Made by a program: the position numbers and the translations under genes
The notes under the pieces: generated by a model
Told to the model about the DNA's origin: nothing
Seen by the model: the letters and a program-made list of their open reading frames with translations, nothing else
The model's database searches: none
Part shown: one piece after another, positions 38,080-48,620 of the stretch
How the letters are laid out: the number at the start of each line of letters is the position of its first letter
How positions within the stretch are numbered: the first letter of the stretch is position 1
NCBI GenBank assembly: GCA_963639425.1
Contig: CAVHVD010000048.1
Location: forward strand, 1-51,511
DNA length: 51,511 nt
Reading direction: 5' to 3'
DNA from: Faecalibacterium prausnitzii
Lineage (GTDB): Bacteria; Bacteroidota; Bacteroidia; Bacteroidales; Bacteroidaceae

Positions 38080-40503
38080 ATGAGAAGAAACTTTCTATCG
38101 GTCATGCTCCTGTCGGCGGCACTGCTTGTTGCCGACGGAGCATCAGCGCAGTATCCCATACAGATGATGATGCGCATGATTCAGAACCGCACGTCGTTCG
38201 ACATGAACAAAGACTATTGGAACGCTCTCTGGATAGCCGTTCCCGCGGCATCGCAGAAGGACTATGGCGTGTATTATTTCCGCAAGGACATCACTCTGCC
38301 GTCCACGCCCGACAAGTTCGTGGTTCATGTCACCGGCGACACGCGCTACAAGCTCTATGTCAACGGCACGTTGGCATCGCTCGGCCCTGCACGCAATGAC
38401 TCCAAACACTGGAACTACGAGACCGTGGACTTGGCTCAATATCTCAAGGCCGGTCAGAACGTCATCGCCGCACAGGTGTGGAACGAGGGGCGGTACACGC
38501 CCGTGCCCAATGCCACCATACGTACAGGCTTCCTCATGATGGGCGAGGGCGATGCCAAGGTCGTCAATACCGACAACACATGGAAGTGCATACAAGACCC
38601 GTCTTACAGCCCTCTGCGCCAGCGCGTGCCGGGCTACTACGCGCTTGGTGCCGGTGAGGGCATAGACATGAGCAAGCACATCGGCGACTGGAACGCCCCT
38701 GATGCCGACCTCTCCGCATGGAGAGACGCGGAGCCTTACGACCTCGGCACGCCGCACGACATCAGCAGCGGCACAGGCGTGTATTCAAGCCATATGCTCG
38801 TTGAGAGTACGCTGCCGCAGATGGAACGCTTCGAGAAGAGGATGGCTGCCGTGCGTAAGGACGGCGGGCTGTCGATACCCAAGGACTGGCCAGCCAAGGA
38901 CGGCACGGTCATAGTCCCTGCCGGTAAGACCATCGACATTCTGCTCGACCAGACCGAGCTGACAAACGGCTACTTCAACCTCAACTTCAGCAAGGGTGCG
39001 GATGCGAAGATAAAGGTGCAGTATGCCGAGACGCTATACTCCGACCGCAATGCCGCACACAAAGGAAATCGCAATGAAGTGGACGGCAAGTATTTTGTCG
39101 GACGCTTCGACTCCATCGCGTCGAGCGGCAAGGACAACCAGCAGTTCACCACACTCGACTGGCGCACGTTCCGCTATGTCAACCTGCACGTAGAAACCGC
39201 CGGTGAGCCGTTGCAGATCAACGACATCAGCAGCACTTTCGTGGGCTATCCTTTCCGCATGAACGCACGTCTGGACACCGACCGCGAGGAGTTGGTCAAG
39301 ATGCTTGAGATTGGTTGGCGCACGGCACGCCTCTGTGCCATCGAGACCTACACCGACTGTCCTTTCTACGAACAGCTGCAGTATCTCGGCGACACGCGCA
39401 TCCAGGCACTCGTGTCTCTGTACAACAGCGGCGACGACCGTCTGATGAAGAACTACATGCGTCAGGCCGACATGAGCCGCAATGCCGAAGGCGTCACCAT
39501 GGGTCGCGCTCCCTCGGAGCTGGCACAGTACATCACGCCCTACGCTCTTAGCTATGTCTATACCATACACGACTACATGCGCTATGGCTCGGATCTCGAT
39601 TTTGTTCATGACCTCATCCCCGGTATGGAGCAGATACTGTGGTACTTCGGCAAGTACCAGGACGATAACGGTCTGATCAAGGGTCTCCCGGGGTGGAACT
39701 TCTCCGACTGGGTGGATGCCGAGGGCTGGCAGCTTGGCGTGGCCAAGGCCGGTCCTGATGGCTACGGCGTGCTCATGGACATGCAGCTGCTCTTGGCATA
39801 TCAGATGGCTGCCGACGTGGAGAACTTTCAGGGCAACACATTCATGGCAGACAGATACGTGGAGAAGGCCACACGGCTCAAGCAGTCCATACAGGCAACC
39901 TACTGGGACGCTTCGCGCGGACTCTACGCGCAGACCAGCGAGAAGAAGCTCTTCTCACAGCATGCCGGTGCACTGGCAATACTCACAGGCATGGTCAGCG
40001 GCGACGAGGCACGGCAGATGGCACGCCGACTGCTGGACGACACCACGCTGGCACCATGCTCCATATACTATAAGTTCTACCTGCACGAAGCTCTCATCAA
40101 GGCCGGACTTGGTGACGAGTACCTGACGTGGCTCGACAAGTGGCGCGAGAACATTGACATGGGGCTGACCACATGGGGCGAGACCTCCGATGTCGACGGC
40201 ACGCGCTCCGACTGTCATGCCTGGGGCTCAAGTCTTAACATCGAGTTCTTCCGCACCCTGCTTGGCATTGACAGTGCCGCCCCCGGCTTCGCAGAGGTGC
40301 GCATTGCGCCACATCTCGGCACCATCACCGCCATCGGCGGCTCCATGCCTCACCCCAATGGGGAGATACACGTGCAGTACCGCAGGAGCGGCAGTGCGCT
40401 GAAGGCAGAGATAACCCTGCCCGACGGCATCACCGGCTCGCTGCTGTGGAACGGCAAGACCGTTTCCCTCCAGTCGGGCAAGAACACCGTTGAGGTGCGC
40501 TGA
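38080..40503 (+). CDS. Alpha-L-rhamnosidase family (GH78) glycoside hydrolase
   Basis: DCPFYEQLQYLGD, TTWGE and SDCHAW motifs; signal peptide. Confidence 0.85.
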   Translation: MRRNFLSVMLLSAALLVADGASAQYPIQMMMRMIQNRTSFDMNKDYWNALWIAVPAASQKDYGVYYFRKDITLPSTPDKFVVHVTGDTRYKLYVNGTLASLGPARNDSKHWNYETVDLAQYLKAGQNVIAAQVWNEGRYTPVPNATIRTGFLMMGEGDAKVVNTDNTWKCIQDPSYSPLRQRVPGYYALGAGEGIDMSKHIGDWNAPDADLSAWRDAEPYDLGTPHDISSGTGVYSSHMLVESTLPQMERFEKRMAAVRKDGGLSIPKDWPAKDGTVIVPAGKTIDILLDQTELTNGYFNLNFSKGADAKIKVQYAETLYSDRNAAHKGNRNEVDGKYFVGRFDSIASSGKDNQQFTTLDWRTFRYVNLHVETAGEPLQINDISSTFVGYPFRMNARLDTDREELVKMLEIGWRTARLCAIETYTDCPFYEQLQYLGDTRIQALVSLYNSGDDRLMKNYMRQADMSRNAEGVTMGRAPSELAQYITPYALSYVYTIHDYMRYGSDLDFVHDLIPGMEQILWYFGKYQDDNGLIKGLPGWNFSDWVDAEGWQLGVAKAGPDGYGVLMDMQLLLAYQMAADVENFQGNTFMADRYVEKATRLKQSIQATYWDASRGLYAQTSEKKLFSQHAGALAILTGMVSGDEARQMARRLLDDTTLAPCSIYYKFYLHEALIKAGLGDEYLTWLDKWRENIDMGLTTWGETSDVDGTRSDCHAWGSSLNIEFFRTLLGIDSAAPGFAEVRIAPHLGTITAIGGSMPHPNGEIHVQYRRSGSALKAEITLPDGITGSLLWNGKTVSLQSGKNTVEVR

Positions 40504-40555
40504 CCACGACGGGACGCACATCCCGACAAGAACAAGAAATGTAAACAATACCGAT

Positions 40556-42286
40556 ATGAAGAAAACAATCCTTTCACTGGCAGCCGCATGGCTGTCGGCC
40601 GTGGCTGTCATGGCACAGCCGACCATGAAAAATCCCGGCGCGGACAACACGTTCTCGCCCGTAGACGGTCTGGAGAAGACAACCGCATTCCGCTACAACA
40701 TGCCGCCGAACCGCGACATCAACGGCCGTGCAGGCTTCGGCCCTGCCTTCTATGTCTTCCCCGACAGCAAGGTCAACGCGGCACAGGCACTCGAGCTTGT
40801 CAACACCCTCGGTCTGCCGTCGCTGGCAGGGGAGTTCTCCGGCTCGCTCACTGTCGTCAACCCGTCTGCCGATGCCTACAACGGGCAGGCCGATGTCGAG
40901 GCTTTCCATGAGCTGCTCAACAAGATGCGCATCGCGTCAAACGTAAAGGTCGTTGCCCTGGGCAACGGAGCCACGTTCGTCAACCGCTACTTGGCGCAGA
41001 GCCGTCTGGCGGGTGTCATTGCAGGCATAGCCTCCATCGGCGGCAGTGCCGGAAAGGCCGGTGACCTGCGTGTGCCGGCATACGTAGGCGGCAAGGGCGC
41101 GGCCAAGGCTGCCAAGGCCTACGTGGCACAGGACGGTGCGGAGAAGGTCTCGGCGGACGGCACGCTGACGGTCTATGAGAATGTCGACGAGCCGCTGCTG
41201 CGCGTTGTTGTCAACACCGATGCCAAGGCTTCGGACAAAGACCTCATTGCCGACGCATGGACGCAGCTGCTCAGCCGCAACTATCGCTACAACAATCTCT
41301 ACCACACATTCTACATGGCACAGGGCATCGACAATGAGGACGGTGTTGCAGAATATGAGCTTGAGCCATACGTCATGTTCGACCGTCTGGGTATTGTGCG
41401 CCGTGTCGTCGAGTTCCCGATACAGGGGCCTAACCCCGCCAACAACCAGACGTATCTGTGGTATGAATACCTGCCCGAGCGTGTACTTGCGGCTCCGGCG
41501 AAGTCCGTCCCGCTGGTTCTTCTGCTTCATGGCAACGGCAACGACCCGCGCACGCAGGCAGAGACCAGCGGCTTCGTGGAGCTTGCCGCCGAGGAGGGCT
41601 TTGCCGTGGCCGAACTGGAGTGGCAGGGCAGTCATAGTTACAGCCCCATGGGGCTTGACGGCATTGAGTCTGTGGTCTACACGCTGCTCGACAAGTATCC
41701 GTTTCTCGACCCATCGCGCGTCTACACCGAAGGGCTCTCTGCCGGTTCGATGACCTCGACAGCCCTTGGCATCAAGAAGTCACACGTCTTCGCTGCCGTC
41801 GGCGGACACTCGGGCGGACTGTTCAGCGGTCGTGGCATGGGCTACTACGGCTACGGCAGTGAGCCGGTCATGAACGAGGCGAAGCAGAAGCGCGGACACA
41901 TAGAGATGCCCTACTGCTCGGTCATCGGCACAGACGACGAGGTGGTGCGCTTCGTCAAAGCCGACGACTGGAAGGACAACTCCATCCTCAATGCGTGGAA
42001 CATCTATCAGACAATCAACGGGCTGGAGGTAACGCCCAGCCTCGACTTCGGCAAGGACGCCACCTTCGGCCTCGTACTGAAAGACCGTCAACAGGTCAAG
42101 ACCAACAAGAACGGCATCACCATCGAGCTGGGACAGCTGTATAAGGGCAGCGTGCCGATGATACGCATGGTCGCCGTCAACCACTACGGCCACTGGAACT
42201 TCAAGCCCACGGCGCGGCTCATGTGGGACTTCTACAAGCACTTCTCGCGTGACCCGGAGACGAAGGAGCTGCACTACACGGAGTGA
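40556..42286 (+). CDS. Secreted PHB-depolymerase/LpqC-like esterase, two domains
   Basis: PLVLLLHG, DPSRVYTEGLSAG and a C-terminal GH motif; start MKKTIL. Confidence 0.78.
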   Translation: MKKTILSLAAAWLSAVAVMAQPTMKNPGADNTFSPVDGLEKTTAFRYNMPPNRDINGRAGFGPAFYVFPDSKVNAAQALELVNTLGLPSLAGEFSGSLTVVNPSADAYNGQADVEAFHELLNKMRIASNVKVVALGNGATFVNRYLAQSRLAGVIAGIASIGGSAGKAGDLRVPAYVGGKGAAKAAKAYVAQDGAEKVSADGTLTVYENVDEPLLRVVVNTDAKASDKDLIADAWTQLLSRNYRYNNLYHTFYMAQGIDNEDGVAEYELEPYVMFDRLGIVRRVVEFPIQGPNPANNQTYLWYEYLPERVLAAPAKSVPLVLLLHGNGNDPRTQAETSGFVELAAEEGFAVAELEWQGSHSYSPMGLDGIESVVYTLLDKYPFLDPSRVYTEGLSAGSMTSTALGIKKSHVFAAVGGHSGGLFSGRGMGYYGYGSEPVMNEAKQKRGHIEMPYCSVIGTDDEVVRFVKADDWKDNSILNAWNIYQTINGLEVTPSLDFGKDATFGLVLKDRQQVKTNKNGITIELGQLYKGSVPMIRMVAVNHYGHWNFKPTARLMWDFYKHFSRDPETKELHYTE

Positions 42287-42352
42287 CACGCCACATAGAT
42301 AACCGGTAGGAACAGCCTCCTCGGAGGTGGTGCGCCGCGCACTCCGATTTTT

Positions 42353-42641
42353 ACATGTCCTGTGGCGTGTGTACCTCTCCGAGGCACTGTATATATTATG
42401 GTGTCTGCATAGCCCCAGTCTGCGCTGCGCTTAGACTGGGGTTAGGTATAATTCAGCCTCTTCGAGGCTGGGTGCGCCGCGCACTCCGAGGTTATATGTC
42501 CTATGGGATGTCCAACTTAAGCTGTGGTGCCTCGAAGAGGTACACTTTTGCATAACACCAGTCTAAGCGAAGCGCAGACTGGTGGTGCACGGTGCACTCC
42601 CAGTACGTGCCTCGAAGAGGTACACACGCCACAGGACATGT
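42353..42641. repeat. REPIN/MITE-like fold-back element with 35-bp inverted arms
   Basis: 42353-42387 and 42607-42641 are inverted repeats with one mismatch; an inner inverted pair of CCAGTCT...AGACTGG hairpins; CCTCT(C/T)CGAGG hairpins. Confidence 0.85.
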
Positions 42642-43047
42642 GACCTCGGTCTGAAACGTTTAGCGGACAGCAATATTTACTAACCGTTTACTAAATGTTC
42701 ACTGACCCCCTGCCAGACGCTCTCTGAAGCCACGTCCCGTTCACTAACCGTTCACTTTTCCACACTTCCGTTTACTAATTTCCTGTTTGCCCCGAGAGGT
42801 GCCCTAACGATGCCCATTCTAAGGGTCTAAGGATGGGCATTCATAACACCTATGGATGCCCATTTAAAGGACCTAAGGATGGGCATCCTTGGAAGGCTAC
42901 GATGGGCATCGTTATAACACATTGAAAATCAACGTTCCATGGACGTTCAACCATAGCATCTATGAACGTTCAGTCACAAGTCTGTGGACGTTCAGTCACA
43001 AATCTGTGGACATCCAACCTCGGAGTGCGCGGCGCACCAGCCACAGA
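42584..43047 (-). repeat. Composite intergenic repeat, copy 3 (inverted relative to copies 1 and 2)
   Basis: Cores at 42810, 42833, 42856, 42879 and 42902; reverse complement is colinear with 7941-8321. Confidence 0.92.
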
Positions 43048-43187
43048 AACGCGGATGAGGAGGCACAGAAGAGGGGACGGAAAAAACGGACGGACAAAGT
43101 GTTGGCGGTGTTGTGCATAATACTTACTTTTGTGCAGCAACCGCCGTGCGTGGCATGGCGATGGAATGGACAAAAGGAATACAGAAG

Positions 43188-43559
43188 ATGAACAGAACGG
43201 AAAGAAGCGACCGCCTTTTCCCCAACTGTCCCGTGCGCAACGTGCTGTCGCGCATCGGCGACAAGTGGTCTATGCTCGTGCTATTCACGCTGGAACACAA
43301 CAAGTGCGTGAGGTTCAATGAGCTGCAACGCTGCATCCCCGACATCTCGCAGAAGATGCTGGCGGCGACGCTGAAGATGCTCGAGGCCGACGGCCTGGTG
43401 CTGCGCAAGGCATATCCCGAGGTGCCGCCGCGGGTGGAATACACGCTGTCGGACAAGGGACGCAGCCTGTTGCCGCTGATAGACAACCTGCTGGAGTGGG
43501 CGACCAGCAACTTCGACGACATCATCGCGTCGCGCCGCCGGTTCCTGCTGAAGGACTGA
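43188..43559 (+). CDS. HxlR-family transcriptional regulator
   Basis: CPVRNVLSRIGDKWS, ISQKML and PPRVEYTL motifs; start could instead be 43161. Confidence 0.93.
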   Translation: MNRTERSDRLFPNCPVRNVLSRIGDKWSMLVLFTLEHNKCVRFNELQRCIPDISQKMLAATLKMLEADGLVLRKAYPEVPPRVEYTLSDKGRSLLPLIDNLLEWATSNFDDIIASRRRFLLKD

Positions 43560-43623
43560 CGGGATGCGGATGCGCACATGTCGCAGACAAAACACATACG
43601 TACATACATACACATTTGACGGA

Positions 43624-44904
43624 ATGAACGAATTCATTATATCGGAAGCAAAAGCCGAAACGGCGGTGCTTGTGGGTCTGACGACAAACCGCCAGAGCGA
43701 GGCCAAGACGACGGAATATCTTGACGAGCTGGCGTTCCTGGCCGAGACCGCAGGAGCCGTGGTCGTGAGACGCTTCACGCAGAGACTGCCGCAGGCCAAC
43801 TCCGTGACCTACGTCGGCGAGGGCAAGCTGCAGGAGATAAAGGAATACATGAGAATGGAGGAGGAGGCCGAGCGCGAGGTCGGCATGGCCATATTCGACG
43901 ACGAGCTGTCGGCAAAGCAGATACGCAACATCGAGAAGGTGTTGGGCGTGAAAATCCTGGATCGCACGTCGCTGATTCTCGACATCTTTGCCATGAGGGC
44001 ACGCACGTCGAGTGCCAAGACGCAGGTCGAGCTGGCGCAGTACAAGTACATGCTGCCGCGGCTGCAACGGCTGTGGACGCACCTTGAGCGACAAGGTGGT
44101 GGCTCGGGTGCCGGTGGTGGGAAAGGCAGCGTGGGACTGCGCGGCCCTGGCGAGACACAGCTGGAGATGGACCGCCGCATCATACTGAACCGCATGTCGC
44201 TGCTGAAGCAGCGGCTTGCTGACATCGACCGTCAGATGTCCACACAGCGCAAGAACCGCGGACGGCTGATACGTGTGGCACTGGTGGGATATACCAACGT
44301 GGGGAAGTCCACGCTGATGACGCTGCTCAGCAAGAGCGATGTCTTTGCCGAGAACAAACTGTTTGCCACGCTCGACACGACCGTGCGCAAGGTGGTGATA
44401 GACAACCTGCCATTCCTGCTGTGCGACACCGTCGGCTTCATCCGCAAACTGCCGACAGACCTTGTGGACTCGTTCAAGTCCACGCTGGACGAAGTGCGCG
44501 AGGCAGACCTGCTGCTGCACGTGGTGGACATCAGCCATCCCGACTTCGAGGAGCAGATAGACGTGGTCAACCGCACGCTGGCCGACATCGATGCCGCCGG
44601 TAAACCCACAATGCTGGTGTTCAACAAGGTCGATGCCTACCGCTTCGTCCGGAAAGACCCCGACGACCTGACGCCGCGCACGCGGGAGAACATCCCGCTC
44701 GACGAGCTGATGCACACATGGATGGCGAAGATGGAGGACAACTGCATCTTCATCTCGGCAAAGGAACGGCAGAACATTGACGAATTGCGCGATGAGATGT
44801 ACAAGAAGGTGCGCCAGCTGCATGTTCAGAAATATCCGTACAATGACTTCTTATACCCACAGACAGAGGACGAAGACGATGGAATACAGAAATCTGACAA
44901 CTGA
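43624..44904 (+). CDS. hflX: GTPase HflX
   Basis: GPGETQLE, GYTNVGKST, LFATLD, DTVGF and NKVD motifs. Confidence 0.97.
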   Translation: MNEFIISEAKAETAVLVGLTTNRQSEAKTTEYLDELAFLAETAGAVVVRRFTQRLPQANSVTYVGEGKLQEIKEYMRMEEEAEREVGMAIFDDELSAKQIRNIEKVLGVKILDRTSLILDIFAMRARTSSAKTQVELAQYKYMLPRLQRLWTHLERQGGGSGAGGGKGSVGLRGPGETQLEMDRRIILNRMSLLKQRLADIDRQMSTQRKNRGRLIRVALVGYTNVGKSTLMTLLSKSDVFAENKLFATLDTTVRKVVIDNLPFLLCDTVGFIRKLPTDLVDSFKSTLDEVREADLLLHVVDISHPDFEEQIDVVNRTLADIDAAGKPTMLVFNKVDAYRFVRKDPDDLTPRTRENIPLDELMHTWMAKMEDNCIFISAKERQNIDELRDEMYKKVRQLHVQKYPYNDFLYPQTEDEDDGIQKSDN

Positions 44905-46867
44905 AGAAATAAAGATGTTGATGGCGGCAGGCTGCTCTGCCGCGTCGTGGAGTGAGGTGATGGTGGCCGCCGTGGGCTTCGATGCCGGTCGCCTGCACAG
45001 TGTGCGTTTCTCCGGCGAGGTGAAGATTGGTGTTCTGACGGGAGCTTTCACCATGCCAGGAGGGGTGAGGCAGGAGGCCGGACTGCGCGACGTCGCCCTG
45101 CACAACGTCACCATAGGCAACAACTGCTACATCAACAATGTCCATAACTACATCGCCAACTACACTATCGGCGACGGGACATACATAGAGAATGTCGATG
45201 CCATACTGGTGGAAGGCCGCTCCACCTTTGGCAACGGCGTGGAGGTGTCCGTGCTCAACGAGACCGGAGGCCGCGAGGTGATGATGACCGACAAGCTGTC
45301 GGCACAGATGGCCTACTTCATGGCTCTATATCGCCACCGTCCGGCACTCATTGCGAGACTGCGGGAGATAGCCATGTACTACACCGACAAGCACGCATCG
45401 TCCGTAGGCACCATAGGGTGCGGAGTGAAGATACTGAACGCAGGACTGATAGAGAACGTCAGAATAGGCGACCACTGCACCATCGTCGGTGCCAGTCGTC
45501 TGCGCAACGGAAGCATCAACAGCAACGAGGCCGCCCCCGTGCGCATAGGATACAACGTGATGTGCGACGACTTCATCGTCTCCAGCGGCTCGGAGCTGGA
45601 TGGCGGCACCACGCTGACACGTTGTTTTGTGGGGCAGGCGTGCAAGCTGGAGAACGGATACTCTGCATCAGACTCGCTGTTCTTCAGCAACTGTCAGGAA
45701 GCCAACGGCGAGGCTTGTGCCATCTTCGCAGGGCCGTTCACCGTGACACACCACCGCTCCACGCTGCTCATTGCCGGCATGTTCTCGTTCATGAACGCCG
45801 GCTCGGGGTCGAACCAGAGCAACCACATGTACAAGCTCGGCCCGATACATCAGGGAACGCTGGAGCGCGGAGCAAAGACAACATCGGACTCCTACATTCT
45901 GTGGCCCTCGCGCGTCGGTGCCTTCTCGCTCGTCATGGGCAGGCACGTGACGCACTCCGACACCTCGAACCTGCCGTTCTCCTATCTCATAGAGCAGAAC
46001 AACACCACATACCTGGCCCCGGGCGTGAACCTGCGCAGCGTCGGAACAATACGCGATGCACAGAAATGGCCGAAGCGTGACCACCGCACCGACCCTAACA
46101 GGCTCGACTGCATAAACTACAACCTGCTCAGCCCCTACACCATACAGAAGATGATGAAGGGTCGCGAGATACTGCTGAACCTGCGCAGGGCTTCGGGCGA
46201 ACTGTCGGACATCTACTCGTTCCACAGCACCAAGATACGCAACTCGGCACTTGCCAACGGCATCCGTTATTATGAGATCGGCATAAACAAGTTCCTTGGC
46301 AACTCGCTCATAAACCGGTTGCAGAAGACAGACTTCAAGAGCAACGACGAGATCCGTGAACGCCTGCTGCCCGACACCACGACGGGACGCGGCGAGTGGG
46401 TGGACATATCGGGGCTGATTGCACCGAAGAGCGAGGTGGAACGGCTGATTGCAGCCATCGAGGACGGCAGCGTGAACCGCCTGAAACAGATAAATGCGGC
46501 CTTCTCCGAGATGCACGGCAACTACTACACCTACGAGTGGACATGGGCATACGAGAAGCTCGAGGAGTTCTACGGCAAGAACCCGCAGGACATGACGGCA
46601 CAGGATGTCATCGACATCGTCGTGAAGTGGAAGGAGGCAGTCATCGGCCTCGATCGCATGGTCTACAATGATGCCAAGAAGGAGTTTTCGCTATCAGCCA
46701 TGACGGGCTTCGGTGCCGACGGCACACGCGAGGAGAAGGAGATGGACTTCGAGCAGGTGAGGGGAGACTTCGAGAACAACCCCTTTGTCACGGCCGTACT
46801 GCAGCACATCGAGACAAAGACGGCACTCGGCGACGAACTCATCGGACGTATGCGCAAATTGCTGTGA
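44879..46867 (+). CDS. DUF4954-family protein (beta-helix-like, unknown function)
   Basis: YRNLTTEEI..L...GC start, NETGGREV and GSGSNQSNHMYKLGP; family assignment from recall. Overlaps the end of hflX. Confidence 0.8.
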   Translation: MEYRNLTTEEIKMLMAAGCSAASWSEVMVAAVGFDAGRLHSVRFSGEVKIGVLTGAFTMPGGVRQEAGLRDVALHNVTIGNNCYINNVHNYIANYTIGDGTYIENVDAILVEGRSTFGNGVEVSVLNETGGREVMMTDKLSAQMAYFMALYRHRPALIARLREIAMYYTDKHASSVGTIGCGVKILNAGLIENVRIGDHCTIVGASRLRNGSINSNEAAPVRIGYNVMCDDFIVSSGSELDGGTTLTRCFVGQACKLENGYSASDSLFFSNCQEANGEACAIFAGPFTVTHHRSTLLIAGMFSFMNAGSGSNQSNHMYKLGPIHQGTLERGAKTTSDSYILWPSRVGAFSLVMGRHVTHSDTSNLPFSYLIEQNNTTYLAPGVNLRSVGTIRDAQKWPKRDHRTDPNRLDCINYNLLSPYTIQKMMKGREILLNLRRASGELSDIYSFHSTKIRNSALANGIRYYEIGINKFLGNSLINRLQKTDFKSNDEIRERLLPDTTTGRGEWVDISGLIAPKSEVERLIAAIEDGSVNRLKQINAAFSEMHGNYYTYEWTWAYEKLEEFYGKNPQDMTAQDVIDIVVKWKEAVIGLDRMVYNDAKKEFSLSAMTGFGADGTREEKEMDFEQVRGDFENNPFVTAVLQHIETKTALGDELIGRMRKLL

Positions 46868-46943
46868 TGAAAGAGACAGCGGTTAACGCCCTTTTCACTA
46901 AATTTGCACGTCAGAACGAAAAGAACCTAAAAATATAGTAATT

Positions 46944-48590
46944 ATGGCAACAACACCTCCGTTTCACTATCAGCCCATGTTCGAACATGGCGAAGACAAA
47001 ACCGAGTACTATCTGCTTACGAAAGACCACGTGTCGGTAGGCGAGTTTGAGGGCAAGCCCGTCCTGAAGGTCGAGAAGGAAGGACTTACGGCACTGGCAC
47101 GGCAGGCCTTCCACGACGTGTCGTTCATGCTGCGCCGCTCGCACAACTTGCAGGTGGCAAAGATACTTAGCGATCCCGAGGCAAGCGAGAACGACAAGTA
47201 TGTGGCTCTGACATTCCTGCGCAATGCCGAAGTGGCTTGTAAGGGTCAGCTGCCGCTGTGTCAGGACACCGGCACGGCAATCATTCATGGCGAGAAAGGC
47301 CAGCAGGTGTGGACGGGCTTCTGCGACGAAGAGGCACTGTCGCGTGGCGTTTATGAGACGTACACCGAGGACAACTTGCGCTACTCGCAGAACGCGCCGC
47401 TGAATATGTACGATGAGGTTAACACCAAGTGCAACCTACCGGCGCAGATCGACTTGGAGGCCACCGAGGGCATGGAATATCGCTTCCTGTGTGTCACCAA
47501 GGGTGGAGGCTCGGCAAACAAGACGTACCTCTATCAGGAGACGAAAGCACGCATACAGAACCCCGGCACGCTGATACCGTTCCTTGTGGACAAGATGAAG
47601 AGCCTCGGAACGGCCGCCTGTCCTCCTTATCACATTGCTTTCGTCATCGGCGGCACGTCGGCAGAGAAGAACCTGCTGACCGTGAAGCTCGCCTCGACAC
47701 ACTACTATGACGAACTGCCAACCTCGGGCAACGAGTACGGCCGCGCGTTCCGCGATGTCGAGTTGGAAGAGAAGCTGCTGGAAGAAGCACACAAGATAGG
47801 GCTTGGTGCACAGTTCGGCGGCAAGTACATGGCTCATGACGTGCGTGTCATCCGTCTGCCGCGCCACGGTGCTTCGTGTCCCATAGGCTTGGGCGTGTCC
47901 TGCTCTGCCGACCGCAACATCAAGGCCAAGATCAACAAGGACGGCATTTGGATTGAGAAGATGGACAGCAATCCGACAGAGCTTATACCCGAAGAACTGC
48001 GCAATGCGGGCGAGGGCAATGCCGTGAAGATAGACCTGAACCAACCTATACGTGAGGTCTGCAACATCCTGTCGCAGTATCCCGTCTCGACACGTGTGTC
48101 GCTCAACGGCACCATCATCGTGGCACGCGACATCGCACATGCGAAGCTGAAAGCCCGTCTTGATGCAGGCGAGGACTTGCCGGCGTACTTCAAAGACCAC
48201 CCAATCCTCTATGCCGGTCCGGCAAAGACACCCAAGGGCATGCCTTGCGGCTCCATGGGACCGACCACAGCAAACCGCATGGACCCCTACGTGGATGAGT
48301 TCCAGGATCATGGCGGCAGCCTGATAATGATTGCCAAGGGCAACCGCACAGAGGTGGTGACAGAGGCATGCAAGAAGCATGGAGGCTTCTACCTCGGCTC
48401 CATCGGCGGCCCTGCTGCCGTGCTGTCGCAGAACAGCATCAAGAGCATCGAGTGCGTGGAGTACCCCGAGCTTGGTATGGAAGCAGTTTGGAAGATTGAG
48501 GTGGAGGACTTCCCTGCCTTCATCCTCGTGGATGACAAGGGTAATGACTTCTTCAAGCAGCTGAAGCCCTGGTGCCCCATGTGCAAGTAA
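46944..48590 (+). CDS. fumA: Class I fumarate hydratase (Fe-S)
   Basis: [21 protein letters not shown] and GPTTANRMD motifs; TAAATTTG promoter box at 46899. Confidence 0.95.
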   Translation: MATTPPFHYQPMFEHGEDKTEYYLLTKDHVSVGEFEGKPVLKVEKEGLTALARQAFHDVSFMLRRSHNLQVAKILSDPEASENDKYVALTFLRNAEVACKGQLPLCQDTGTAIIHGEKGQQVWTGFCDEEALSRGVYETYTEDNLRYSQNAPLNMYDEVNTKCNLPAQIDLEATEGMEYRFLCVTKGGGSANKTYLYQETKARIQNPGTLIPFLVDKMKSLGTAACPPYHIAFVIGGTSAEKNLLTVKLASTHYYDELPTSGNEYGRAFRDVELEEKLLEEAHKIGLGAQFGGKYMAHDVRVIRLPRHGASCPIGLGVSCSADRNIKAKINKDGIWIEKMDSNPTELIPEELRNAGEGNAVKIDLNQPIREVCNILSQYPVSTRVSLNGTIIVARDIAHAKLKARLDAGEDLPAYFKDHPILYAGPAKTPKGMPCGSMGPTTANRMDPYVDEFQDHGGSLIMIAKGNRTEVVTEACKKHGGFYLGSIGGPAAVLSQNSIKSIECVEYPELGMEAVWKIEVEDFPAFILVDDKGNDFFKQLKPWCPMCK

Positions 48591-48620
48591 GCTACACGCA
48601 CACATAACAACAAAGAAAGA

